Numbered from the stretch's first letter, positions 8,896 through 16,243 are shown. The stretch is DNA of 16,243 nucleotides from Fidelibacterota bacterium (GCA_046861385.1 JBHHTW010000042.1:1-16243); one strand, 5' to 3'. Numbers and translations are program-made. The notes: generated by a model from the letters alone, not told the origin.

Positions 8896-8927
8896 ACCTT
8901 CGATTCATCGCTCAATGAAAGGAAAGA

Positions 8928-9626
8928 GTGATGAATAAAAAAACACTAATTTACGAAGTTAAGAACCTAAAACAGGTTTTTGACGATCGATATATACTCC
9001 AAATAGGGAAACTACAAATCCATAGAGGAACTATTTATGGTATAATAGGACCGGTTGGATCAGGAAAAACATCTCTTTTAAGACACTTGGCTGGGTTAGA
9101 AATATCGTCTGAAGGGTCAGTTATTTATGATAGTAAGGAGTTTAAGGCAAATTGGTTCGGCAAACCCTCCCCCCCAAAAGAAATAAATTATGTCACTATG
9201 AACGTGAAAAAAAGAAATGTAAATGTTTCCAATTATTTCTCAGGCAGACATGGAAAGCGGTTTGAAACAATAAAAAAGAAATATTTTAATATCGGAAGCA
9301 GAAGATTTATGTGGAATCAATCTATGTCCACTTTATCAAATGGTGAGATTTCCTGGATTAATATGATTGACGCAATTGAAAGTGATCCAAGAGTACTCAT
9401 TGTGGATAATTATGCAGCCTTACTGGATAATAATTTGGAACGTGATATTGGTCGTCGATTAAAAAACATGAATCGTAATCTTGGAACGACAATTATTTTA
9501 TCCGGTACGGATAGTGAACGAATCCAACAACTTTCTTCAGTGCTGGTATTTATGGATAATGGACATATTGCAAAAGTTCGCTCAAGAACTCAGAAAAGGT
9601 ACAATCGCTTACATAAAAAAAAATAA
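8928..9626 (+). CDS. Orphan ABC-ATPase-fold protein with degenerate catalytic motifs
   Basis: Walker A GPVGSGKT and signature-like LSNGE are present. Walker B reads VLIVDN (no catalytic Glu) and the H-loop reads ILSGTD (no His). Start is GTG 8928 or ATG 8931. Confidence 0.8.
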   Translation: MMNKKTLIYEVKNLKQVFDDRYILQIGKLQIHRGTIYGIIGPVGSGKTSLLRHLAGLEISSEGSVIYDSKEFKANWFGKPSPPKEINYVTMNVKKRNVNVSNYFSGRHGKRFETIKKKYFNIGSRRFMWNQSMSTLSNGEISWINMIDAIESDPRVLIVDNYAALLDNNLERDIGRRLKNMNRNLGTTIILSGTDSERIQQLSSVLVFMDNGHIAKVRSRTQKRYNRLHKKK

Positions 9627-9707
9627 TTCAAACAGTTAATTTCACAACTGGAAAAATTAATTTGAATATGTAAGTAACTTTACAATTCATATTAAATTCA
9701 ATATCTT

Positions 9708-10337
9708 ATGAAACGAATTTACCGAACACAACACGATCGCATTCTTTCAGGCGTTTGCGGTGGTTTTGCCCGCTACTTCAATTTTGATCCATCAATGGTT
9801 CGATTAATTTGGATATTTTTCACACTTTTTGGCGGTTCAGGAATTTTGGCTTATATCATGGCAGTCATTATTATTCCGGATGAATTTGAAATGTCCAAAG
9901 AGCACCCATATCAAACATCCATTTTAAAAGATGATAAAACAATTTTATGGGGAGCTTTGCTTGTTGTTGTAGGAATTATCCTTTTCTTCCAACATAATGA
10001 AATTCTTATCAATGCGTGGACAAACTTCTGGGACAGCGGGATCAACATTTTCCTTGCAATTGGAATCCTGGGATTTGGACTTTATTTATTATATTCAAAG
10101 CGAAACGATATTTCATCTATGATTAACGACGGAACGGGTCTGCCTCTGCATTTATCTGAAAAAGATCGTAAAATTGCCGGCGTATGCAGCGGTATTTCAG
10201 AATCCTTGATGATAGACGCTGTATTTATAAGATTTATTTGGATATATGCGACTTTTATGAGTGCGGGGGTTGGAATTTTATTATACTTAATTCTGGCTCT
10301 GATTCTGCCATCAGATTCAAAATCCCTGGATGATTGA
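9708..10337 (+). CDS. PspC-domain membrane protein with two PspC domains
   Basis: MKRIYRTQHDRILSGVCGGFARYFNFDPSMVRL...YIMAVIIIP and LHLSEKDRKIAGVCSGISE...IDAVFIRF...YLILALILP, joined by a two-TM segment (WGALLVVVGIILFF...). Confidence 0.9.
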   Translation: MKRIYRTQHDRILSGVCGGFARYFNFDPSMVRLIWIFFTLFGGSGILAYIMAVIIIPDEFEMSKEHPYQTSILKDDKTILWGALLVVVGIILFFQHNEILINAWTNFWDSGINIFLAIGILGFGLYLLYSKRNDISSMINDGTGLPLHLSEKDRKIAGVCSGISESLMIDAVFIRFIWIYATFMSAGVGILLYLILALILPSDSKSLDD

Positions 10338-11310
10338 CGTTATGAATATTACTAAATTTCAAAAACTGGCCGAGAAATTTAGTCAAAAACATGTTCTGGT
10401 TGTTGGGGATATTATGCTTGATTCATACATGTGGGGAACGGCAAGCAGGATATCTCAAGAGGCCCCTGTACCGGTAGTCTCTGTAGAACATGTTACCCAT
10501 AATCCTGGTGGAGCCGCCAATGTCGGATGGAATCTTTCTTCACTTTCTGCAAAAGTATCCATGGCTGGTGTAGTTGGTCGTGATATTCAAGGAACTCAGT
10601 TATTAAATATCATCTCAGAAAAAGGAATAAATGTAGACGGCATTGCGAAGGAAGAAAACCGTGATACGACTGTAAAAACCCGAGTGATCGCTCAAGGGCA
10701 GCAAGTCGTTCGAACTGATATGGAATCTCTAAAGCCGATCCTGAAAGAATCCGATCAATACATAGAAAATTTTATTTCCTTAATATTACCGGATGTAGAT
10801 GGCATTATCCTGGCGGATTATAATAAAGGATTACTCTCTAAACACTTAATACACCATATTTTAGATTTTGCATCTCAACACAATGTTCCTGTATATGTTG
10901 ATCCTAAAACTGATCATTTTTATGAATATCATCATGCAAGATTATTCAAACCCAATTCCATAGAGTTCAGAGAATCCACTGGTAAGGATATTGATTTAAA
11001 AACTGTCAATGAATTAAGGAAGACTTTAGATGTTGAACATTTACTAATTACCATTGGAGCAGAAGGGATGCTCCTTGTCGCTAAGGATGGTGAATTTAAG
11101 ATACCGACAAAAGCAAGAGCAGTTCATGATGTTTCCGGTGCAGGTGATACAGTCATATCGGTGTATACTTTATCGGATTTAGCAGGTGCAAGCCCTCAAG
11201 AAGCAGCTACAATCGCAAACCTCGCTGCCGGGAGAGTCTGCGAGGAAGTGGGTGTTGTTCCAATTAATTTGAGAATGTTAAAAGAAATAATTAACCATCA
11301 TCATTCTTGA
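10330..11310 (+). CDS. hldA: D-glycero-beta-D-manno-heptose-7-phosphate kinase (stand-alone RfaE domain I, PfkB family)
   Basis: VLVVGDIMLDSYMWG..RISQEAPVPVV, PGGAANV, TTVKTRV, DYNKG, VDPK, KPN..E, DVSGAGDTV. Start may be the ATG at 10342. Confidence 0.92.
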   Translation: MIDVMNITKFQKLAEKFSQKHVLVVGDIMLDSYMWGTASRISQEAPVPVVSVEHVTHNPGGAANVGWNLSSLSAKVSMAGVVGRDIQGTQLLNIISEKGINVDGIAKEENRDTTVKTRVIAQGQQVVRTDMESLKPILKESDQYIENFISLILPDVDGIILADYNKGLLSKHLIHHILDFASQHNVPVYVDPKTDHFYEYHHARLFKPNSIEFRESTGKDIDLKTVNELRKTLDVEHLLITIGAEGMLLVAKDGEFKIPTKARAVHDVSGAGDTVISVYTLSDLAGASPQEAATIANLAAGRVCEEVGVVPINLRMLKEIINHHHS

Positions 11311-11497
11311 TTACTCCCAACTGTCAGACGGGTAAAATGGTCGAAACAAATTGGTGAATAGAAGATGGTTAGAATAAAAGAGATTTAATAACAAACATTC
11401 ACAATTATCCATACCAGTCGATCATCTCTGCCGCACTGTATGGCAATCAGTTATATATCCATTATAATCTTTTTTACTTCCTAAATTACATTCCATT

Positions 11498-13129
11498 ATG
11501 GCTCAAAAAATATTTATGTTTTTGTTGATTCCCATTCTTTTTAATCAGATGGAGGCTCAGCAAGATAATCGCTACGATCCCTTTGACTGGATCCTGTATA
11601 CACAGTTAGGTGATATTACGTCTGTGACAGAAGGATTTTCTTATTTATACATCGGGACAGAATTCGGCGGTGTGGTTCGAATCAACCGCTATGGATATGA
11701 TTATGATGACTCAATCACTATGGCTCAGGGTTTAAAGGAGAATACAGTTTCCGCTGTTCATTTTGACTATCAAACGGGAAATTTATGGATTATTACCCAA
11801 AATTATATTCATTCCAGTCATTCTCGAGAAGGGAACTGGTATATTAGCAGCATTCATGAATGGGGTTTACCATCTAATAGTAAAATAGTCCAAATGGGTT
11901 CGTCGAAAGATTACATCTGGGTTCAGATAGGGACTTCATTCGTCAAGCTGGATCATATCTCCGGCATATTTCTTGGCGCTTTTCCCTATCCTGATGAAGA
12001 TAGTATTGAATGGAGTGAAAGTATACATTATCCAAATTTTTCAACAAATGTGTTGAATGAATATACTCTGACTGATGGTTGGATGATGGTGGGTGACAGT
12101 AATATTGATCCATGGGGGAATTATCTTCGGACGACTGTTTTTCATATTGGGCGCGAGGGAGATATTGTTCTTGGTGTGGAGGATGGTACCATATTTATTG
12201 GTAATAATCAAATGAAACTATTAGAACCAATCATCGCCGGACTTGGTAATCGGGATACCCAGTTTATTATGGGTAAAAATGGTTTTTATTTAGGAGGACG
12301 CCGTTCAATTGTAACCCAAGGGCTCACATATTTTGACCCTCGTAGAAAATTGATTGAAATAGACAGTTTTGAAAACAATATTAATTTGACCACCAGTTCC
12401 TATTATTGTTCACTACTCTTGGATGAAGAAATTTGGTATGGGGGAAATAATATGATTACAGTCTATAATAAAAAGGAAGATTTTTGGCGGACTTTGGATG
12501 AAACTAGAGGATTTTACGGCCAGGTGATAACCGATATGACTGCCGACAGCGAATATGTGTGGGTCGCATCATCATCCGGACTGTTTCAAATGAATCAGAA
12601 TGATAAGCGTGTGCGTCAAAACAATTTTGAAAAAATATTTGCTCATCGATATATTTATGATATTGAGCTGAAGGACGATTTACTTTGGGTTGCGTCTGAT
12701 TATAACTTAAATATTGTTGATTTAACCCATGAGAAATTAATGAGTCATAAAAATATCGGAGCATTAGGTGAAATGATGGGAATCGAAGACGTTCTTTCAG
12801 GATTCAAAGTGATCGAAGTTTATAATGATAATGTTATGGTCAGCACGAAACAAGGCGTTTGGGAATTTAATATCAATTCAAACACGTGGTCCGAATTAGT
12901 GGACGCTTCTGTATTTGCTGGTCAGGAAATCAAAGCAATGGCTAGATTTAATCAATATATTTTTCTGGCAACTAATGATGGTTTCATCCGTTACGATATA
13001 AACGATAGATTCATCCGTGATTATCAATATAATTTTCTTGGTATGATCAATGACATTAAAGTAGATGAGAATTATTTATGGCTCGCTACGACAAACGGTT
13101 TAATCAAATTCAAATGGACAAAAGATTGA
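11498..13129 (+). CDS. Secreted hypothetical protein, likely multi-bladed beta-propeller
   Basis: Signal peptide MAQKIFMFLLIPILFNQMEA|Q and repeated blade motifs: LYIGTEFGGV, LWIIT, IVLGVEDG, IWYGG, VWVASSSGL, LWVASD, VMVSTKQGV, IFLATNDGF, LWLATTNGL. Confidence 0.75.
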   Translation: MAQKIFMFLLIPILFNQMEAQQDNRYDPFDWILYTQLGDITSVTEGFSYLYIGTEFGGVVRINRYGYDYDDSITMAQGLKENTVSAVHFDYQTGNLWIITQNYIHSSHSREGNWYISSIHEWGLPSNSKIVQMGSSKDYIWVQIGTSFVKLDHISGIFLGAFPYPDEDSIEWSESIHYPNFSTNVLNEYTLTDGWMMVGDSNIDPWGNYLRTTVFHIGREGDIVLGVEDGTIFIGNNQMKLLEPIIAGLGNRDTQFIMGKNGFYLGGRRSIVTQGLTYFDPRRKLIEIDSFENNINLTTSSYYCSLLLDEEIWYGGNNMITVYNKKEDFWRTLDETRGFYGQVITDMTADSEYVWVASSSGLFQMNQNDKRVRQNNFEKIFAHRYIYDIELKDDLLWVASDYNLNIVDLTHEKLMSHKNIGALGEMMGIEDVLSGFKVIEVYNDNVMVSTKQGVWEFNINSNTWSELVDASVFAGQEIKAMARFNQYIFLATNDGFIRYDINDRFIRDYQYNFLGMINDIKVDENYLWLATTNGLIKFKWTKD

Positions 13130-14388
13130 AAATATTAAAAACACTGTTCGTCTTATTATTTACGATTCAATTCTGTTTTACCCAAAATCCACGAACATCT
13201 CGAAAAAATCTTAAAACAAGTAATGTAGAGCAATTTCACATTACAATTGCTCCTGTTGCTGATGAAAACTCCGATAAAATTATTTTAAATACTTACGTTA
13301 TGATCCCAAGCTACGCGCTGCAGTTTATCAAGGTTGAAGGAGGATTTCAATCGCAATTTGAAGCACGCATTTTATTGCTGGACGAGGAGGGCCAACAGAT
13401 TGCAACAAAATCAATATCTCAAATATTAACAGCTGTTGATTATTTAGAAACGGTTAGTCGGACGAATTGGTATTATCTCAATCATCATTTTTCTGTTGAA
13501 CCAAAGAAATACAAAGTAGTCTGCGAACTTTTTGATTTGGATACAAGGAATAGTGGTGTAAAAGAGAAACTGATCGATTTATCTAAGTATGATACTAATC
13601 TTGTACTATATCCGCCAGCAATAATGAATCAGTATAAAGGCACTTGGCAGGGTGGAAAAAAGATGCTGCCCAGTTTCGAGAATGAGATTAATTCCCAGCA
13701 ATCGACAGTGCCAGTTCATATATCAGGAAAGGTTGCAGCAAATAATTTTTCTATCCACTTGAGATTAAGCGATAAAAAAGACAAGATTATTATCCAAATG
13801 GATTCAACATATAATAACTCTGCTAAATTTTTTAAACAAAAACTAGAACTACCCATTGAAGATGTACATGGACTAAGAGTTAATTTAGATGTGATATTAG
13901 AGCAGAACGGAGAAACAAAAGAACAACATTTAGAATTAAAAGTCAAACGTCCGGGTGTATCTACATTCATTCGTGATATTGATGAAGCAATTGATCAAAT
14001 GAAATATATATTGACCTCTGAAGAGTTAAAACAATTATCAAAAACGCCCAAAGACGAAAGAGAAGAATTATTCTTCCATTTTTGGAGTGAAAGAGATCCA
14101 AATCCTGAAACCGACGGGAATGAACTCATGGATCAATACTACAACCGGGTCGCATACGCCATAGAAAATTTTACATCGTTTGCACCTGGATGGAGAAATG
14201 ATATGGGAATGATCTATATATTATTCGGTCCTCCGGATGATATTGAGAGATCGTTTATGAGCAGCAACCGTAATGCGCGTCAAAAATGGTACTATTATAG
14301 AATCAATCGAAGCTTTACGTTTTATGATGAAAACGGCTTTGGAGATTTTCGACTAACAACACCTTATATATCCGGTAGAGCTTGGTGA
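13126..14388 (+). CDS. GWxTD-domain-containing secreted protein
   Basis: C-terminal FWSERDPNPET..NE...YYNRVAYA..NF....GWRNDMGMIYILFGPPD...W.Y matches the GWxTD domain. Preferred start is the in-frame TTG at 13126 (TTGA overlap), giving signal peptide MKILKTLFVLLFTIQFCFT; ATG 13114 or 13078 are alternatives. Confidence 0.88.
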   Translation: MKILKTLFVLLFTIQFCFTQNPRTSRKNLKTSNVEQFHITIAPVADENSDKIILNTYVMIPSYALQFIKVEGGFQSQFEARILLLDEEGQQIATKSISQILTAVDYLETVSRTNWYYLNHHFSVEPKKYKVVCELFDLDTRNSGVKEKLIDLSKYDTNLVLYPPAIMNQYKGTWQGGKKMLPSFENEINSQQSTVPVHISGKVAANNFSIHLRLSDKKDKIIIQMDSTYNNSAKFFKQKLELPIEDVHGLRVNLDVILEQNGETKEQHLELKVKRPGVSTFIRDIDEAIDQMKYILTSEELKQLSKTPKDEREELFFHFWSERDPNPETDGNELMDQYYNRVAYAIENFTSFAPGWRNDMGMIYILFGPPDDIERSFMSSNRNARQKWYYYRINRSFTFYDENGFGDFRLTTPYISGRAW

Positions 14389-15191
14389 GTAGATTAGAGC
14401 GTTTTTCATATAGCGGGCTTGAGTCTTATAAAAAATGTCCGGCACAATATAAAATACGATATTTAGATAATGTCCGGAAACCGGATGAAGGCATCGAAGC
14501 ATTTATGGGAGTCCGCGTCCATGAAACCTTGGAGCATTTATATTTGGAAGCTCAATCAGGAAGTGTACTGATAATAGATCATATTTTAGATTATTATAAA
14601 ACAACCTGGAATGAACATTGGCATGATAGAATTGCCATTGCAAAACGCGGTGAGCGCAAAGAGGATTATTTTCGGTTAGGTGAAGAATGCATCGCTCGGT
14701 ATTATCGGAAAAATCAACCCTTTTCAGAAAAAGTCGAAGGTATTGAAATAGAATTAGATTTCATGTTGGATCATAACCCCGATTATAAAATGAAAGGGAT
14801 TATTGACAGACTGGATCATAATGGAAATGGCGGATACCAAATCCATGATTATAAAACCGGTAAACGGGCAATGAGTCAAAAAATGGCTGACAAGGACAGT
14901 CAATTAGCCCTGTATCAAATTGCCCTGGAACAACAAAAAGACCATGTGAGTCATGTGGAATTGGTTTGGCATTTTGTCAGATATGGAATCGAAGTTCGAT
15001 CCAAAAGGACAAAAGAGCAACTGGAACAAATTACGGATATGTATAAAATTCGTATTGATGAAATTCGATTGAAGGAGCAGCAAGGAGAAGCATTTCCCGC
15101 TAAACCCATGATTCTTTGTAATTGGTGTTACTATTGGGAGGAGTGCCCGGCGCAAGTTGGGTCAAATCCTTTTATTAAAAATGGTGGATGA
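14385..15191 (+). CDS. PD-(D/E)XK nuclease of the RecB/AddB/Cas4-like type with a predicted 4Fe-4S cluster
   Basis: FSYSGLESYKKCP, GVRVHETLE, E.EL, GIIDRLD, IHDYKTG, QLALY and C-terminal CNWCYYWEECP (one N-terminal plus three C-terminal Cys). Start GTG 14385 (GTGA overlap) or TTG 14382. Confidence 0.9.
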   Translation: MSRLERFSYSGLESYKKCPAQYKIRYLDNVRKPDEGIEAFMGVRVHETLEHLYLEAQSGSVLIIDHILDYYKTTWNEHWHDRIAIAKRGERKEDYFRLGEECIARYYRKNQPFSEKVEGIEIELDFMLDHNPDYKMKGIIDRLDHNGNGGYQIHDYKTGKRAMSQKMADKDSQLALYQIALEQQKDHVSHVELVWHFVRYGIEVRSKRTKEQLEQITDMYKIRIDEIRLKEQQGEAFPAKPMILCNWCYYWEECPAQVGSNPFIKNGG

Positions 15192-15234
15192 GGTTGAGGA
15201 ATAGGATAAAGATTAGAATTAGGATGAAGAATAT
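15187..15234 (+). repeat. Degenerate 6-bp tandem repeat, 8 units
   Basis: GATGAG GTTGAG GAATAG GATAAA GATTAG AATTAG GATGAA GAATAT. Confidence 0.55.
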
Positions 15235-15280
15235 GGATCGGTATTATGAACACGACACAAATGTTGGCAAATGAATATCT

Positions 15281-15710
15281 AACACCTACCCGCCCGCCAC
15301 CTTCAATATTTTTCAGATGGGGCAGGCGGACGGCGTTGTATATTCTTTTATTCAGTGCTATAAATATGTGACTCTTAACGGAGTCTAAATACTAAATTAA
15401 AGAATCCGGATATTGATCAAAAACCCCGGAGTCAAGATAAGAAGTTAATCCCGTAGGGATTCAATGTTTATAGTACAAAAATACAAATGATGACGGAACT
15501 CCATAGGAGTTCAACAGGAATAGGTGTACACACCGTAAAAATAACGTCATGGTCATATTCAACACCTGACGGAGTTGCATTTATTTTCTAATTAAAATGT
15601 TATTAATATTTAACTCCTGACGGAGTCAAAACAAGGGGTATTTATTAATCCCTTAGGGATTTAATGTTTATAGTATAGAAAACGAATAAGGAGTGAACTT
15701 CGTAGGAGTT
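15281..15710. repeat. REP-like palindrome array upstream of tnpA: eight hairpins in four doublets of alternating orientation
   Basis: Hairpins at 15281-15338 (interrupted), 15370-15385 GACTCTTAACGGAGTC, 15447-15461 AATCCCGTAGGGATT, 15496-15512 GAACTCCATAGGAGTTC, 15560-15577 CAACACCTGACGGAGTTG, 15613-15626 ACTCCTGACGGAGT, 15647-15661 AATCCCTTAGGGATT, 15696-15710 AACTTCGTAGGAGTT. Linker motif CTATAAAYAT or its reverse complement ATGTTTATAG sits inside each doublet (degenerate in doublet 3). Confidence 0.85.
15290..15329. mobile_element. 40-bp GC-rich hairpin insertion (MITE/REP-like) inside a REP loop
   Basis: Arms CCGCCCGCC (15290-15298) and GGCAGGCGG (15321-15329) pair 8/9 and are flanked by duplicated AC. 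Removing the insert and one AC restores AACACCTACGGCGTTG, as seen intact at 16199-16214. Confidence 0.7.
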
Positions 15711-15729
15711 AAACAAAAGGAGAGAGTTA

Positions 15730-16182
15730 ATGGCAAACACATATACGCAAATCTACATTCAAATAGTTTTTTCAACTCAATCCAGACAAAACCTGATCCG
15801 TAGAGAAATAAAAAACGAAATTTATAAATACATTACAGGAATTGTTCAAAACAAGGATCATAAACTCATCACTATTAATGGCATGCCTGATCACGTTCAT
15901 ATATTTACAGGGATGAAGCCTAATGAGTCTATTTCTGAATTGGTTCGCGATATAAAAAAGGACTCTTCAAATTTCATTAATTCAAAAAACTGGATTCGAG
16001 GAAAATTTACCTGGCAGGAAGGTTATGGAGCCTTTTCATATGGACATTCTCAAATAGATGATGTTTATCAATACATTCAAAACCAAGAAAACCATCATGA
16101 AAAACAAACATTTAAGCAGGAGTATTTAGGCTTATTGAAAAAATTCAATATAAAATACGATGAGCAATATGTTTTTGATTAA
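15730..16182 (+). CDS. tnpA: IS200/IS605-superfamily Y1 HUH transposase, REP-associated (RAYT/TnpA-REP-like)
   Basis: MANTYTQIYIQIVFST, HUH motif PDHVHIF, RDIKKDSS, FTWQEGYGAFS, catalytic Tyr in YQYIQNQ. SD AGGAGAG at 15718-15724. A palindrome, not tnpB, follows the stop. Confidence 0.92.
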   Translation: MANTYTQIYIQIVFSTQSRQNLIRREIKNEIYKYITGIVQNKDHKLITINGMPDHVHIFTGMKPNESISELVRDIKKDSSNFINSKNWIRGKFTWQEGYGAFSYGHSQIDDVYQYIQNQENHHEKQTFKQEYLGLLKKFNIKYDEQYVFD

Positions 16183-16197
16183 ATGTCAATTGATGTT

Positions 16198-16243
16198 CAA
16201 CACCTACGGCGTTGTATATTCTTTTATTCAGTGCTATAAATAT
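16198..16243 (+). repeat. Downstream REP doublet, truncated by window end
   Basis: CAACACCTACGGCGTTG hairpin (16198-16214). Positions 16206-16243 are identical (38/38) to 15330-15367. Confidence 0.85.

Noticed and set aside
9626-9667. AT-rich imperfect inverted repeat between the orphan ATPase and the PspC gene
   Set aside because: Arms ATTCAAA/TTTGAAT and TTAATTT/AAATTAA are interrupted and nearly all A/T, so chance is likely; it cannot be called an operator or terminator.
11311-11497. Possible ncRNA or riboswitch in the 187-bp intergenic gap
   Set aside because: No recognisable RNA family motif or strong stem was found by eye; only a TATAAT at 11463-11468. An Rfam/Infernal scan would be needed.
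12504-15155. Minus-strand ORFs 12504..12764, 13716..13970 and 14904..15155
   Set aside because: Antisense shadows of long, motif-supported + strand genes.
15290-15329. Intrinsic terminator for the upstream operon
   Set aside because: The GC stem has no adjacent U-tract on either strand and is better explained as an insertion into a REP.
15281-15710. CRISPR array (palindromic repeats with ~31-35 nt gaps beside a Cas4-like gene)
   Set aside because: Repeats are only ~15 bp, degenerate and alternate in orientation; gaps are irregular (20-61 nt) and share a conserved motif; no cas1, cas2 or effector genes are present. A REP/tnpA interpretation fits better.
15730-16243. IS605-type tnpA-tnpB (OMEGA) element
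   Set aside because: No tnpB or iscB ORF lies upstream, and a REP hairpin follows the tnpA stop within 16 nt. Sequence beyond the window cannot be assessed.

Overview
AT-rich bacterial window, probably from the FCB superphylum (inferred from the PafA-type phosphatase, the GWxTD protein, the stand-alone HldA and the MANTYTQ-type Y1 transposase; not provable from sequence alone). A co-oriented + strand core of 13 genes (smpB, tyrS, PafA-like phosphatase, ABC-2 exporter ATPase and permease, trxA, trxB, a degenerate orphan ABC ATPase, a double-PspC membrane protein, hldA/rfaE1, a secreted beta-propeller, a GWxTD protein, a Cas4/AddB-like Fe-S PD-(D/E)XK nuclease) lies between two mobile-DNA regions. 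On the left, a ~1.47 kb IS4-superfamily element has terminal inverted repeats, a 9-10 bp target duplication, an RBS-sequestering hairpin and a frameshifted DDE transposase. It sits just upstream of a partial minus-strand M43-like protease gene that the ORF track missed. On the right, a solo IS200-like HUH/Y1 tnpA (no tnpB visible) is embedded in a REP-like array of nine short palindromes arranged as doublets in alternating orientation. One palindrome carries a 40-bp GC-rich hairpin inserted into its loop with a 2-bp duplication. This right-hand locus, next to the Cas4-like nuclease gene, is the most interesting part of the window.
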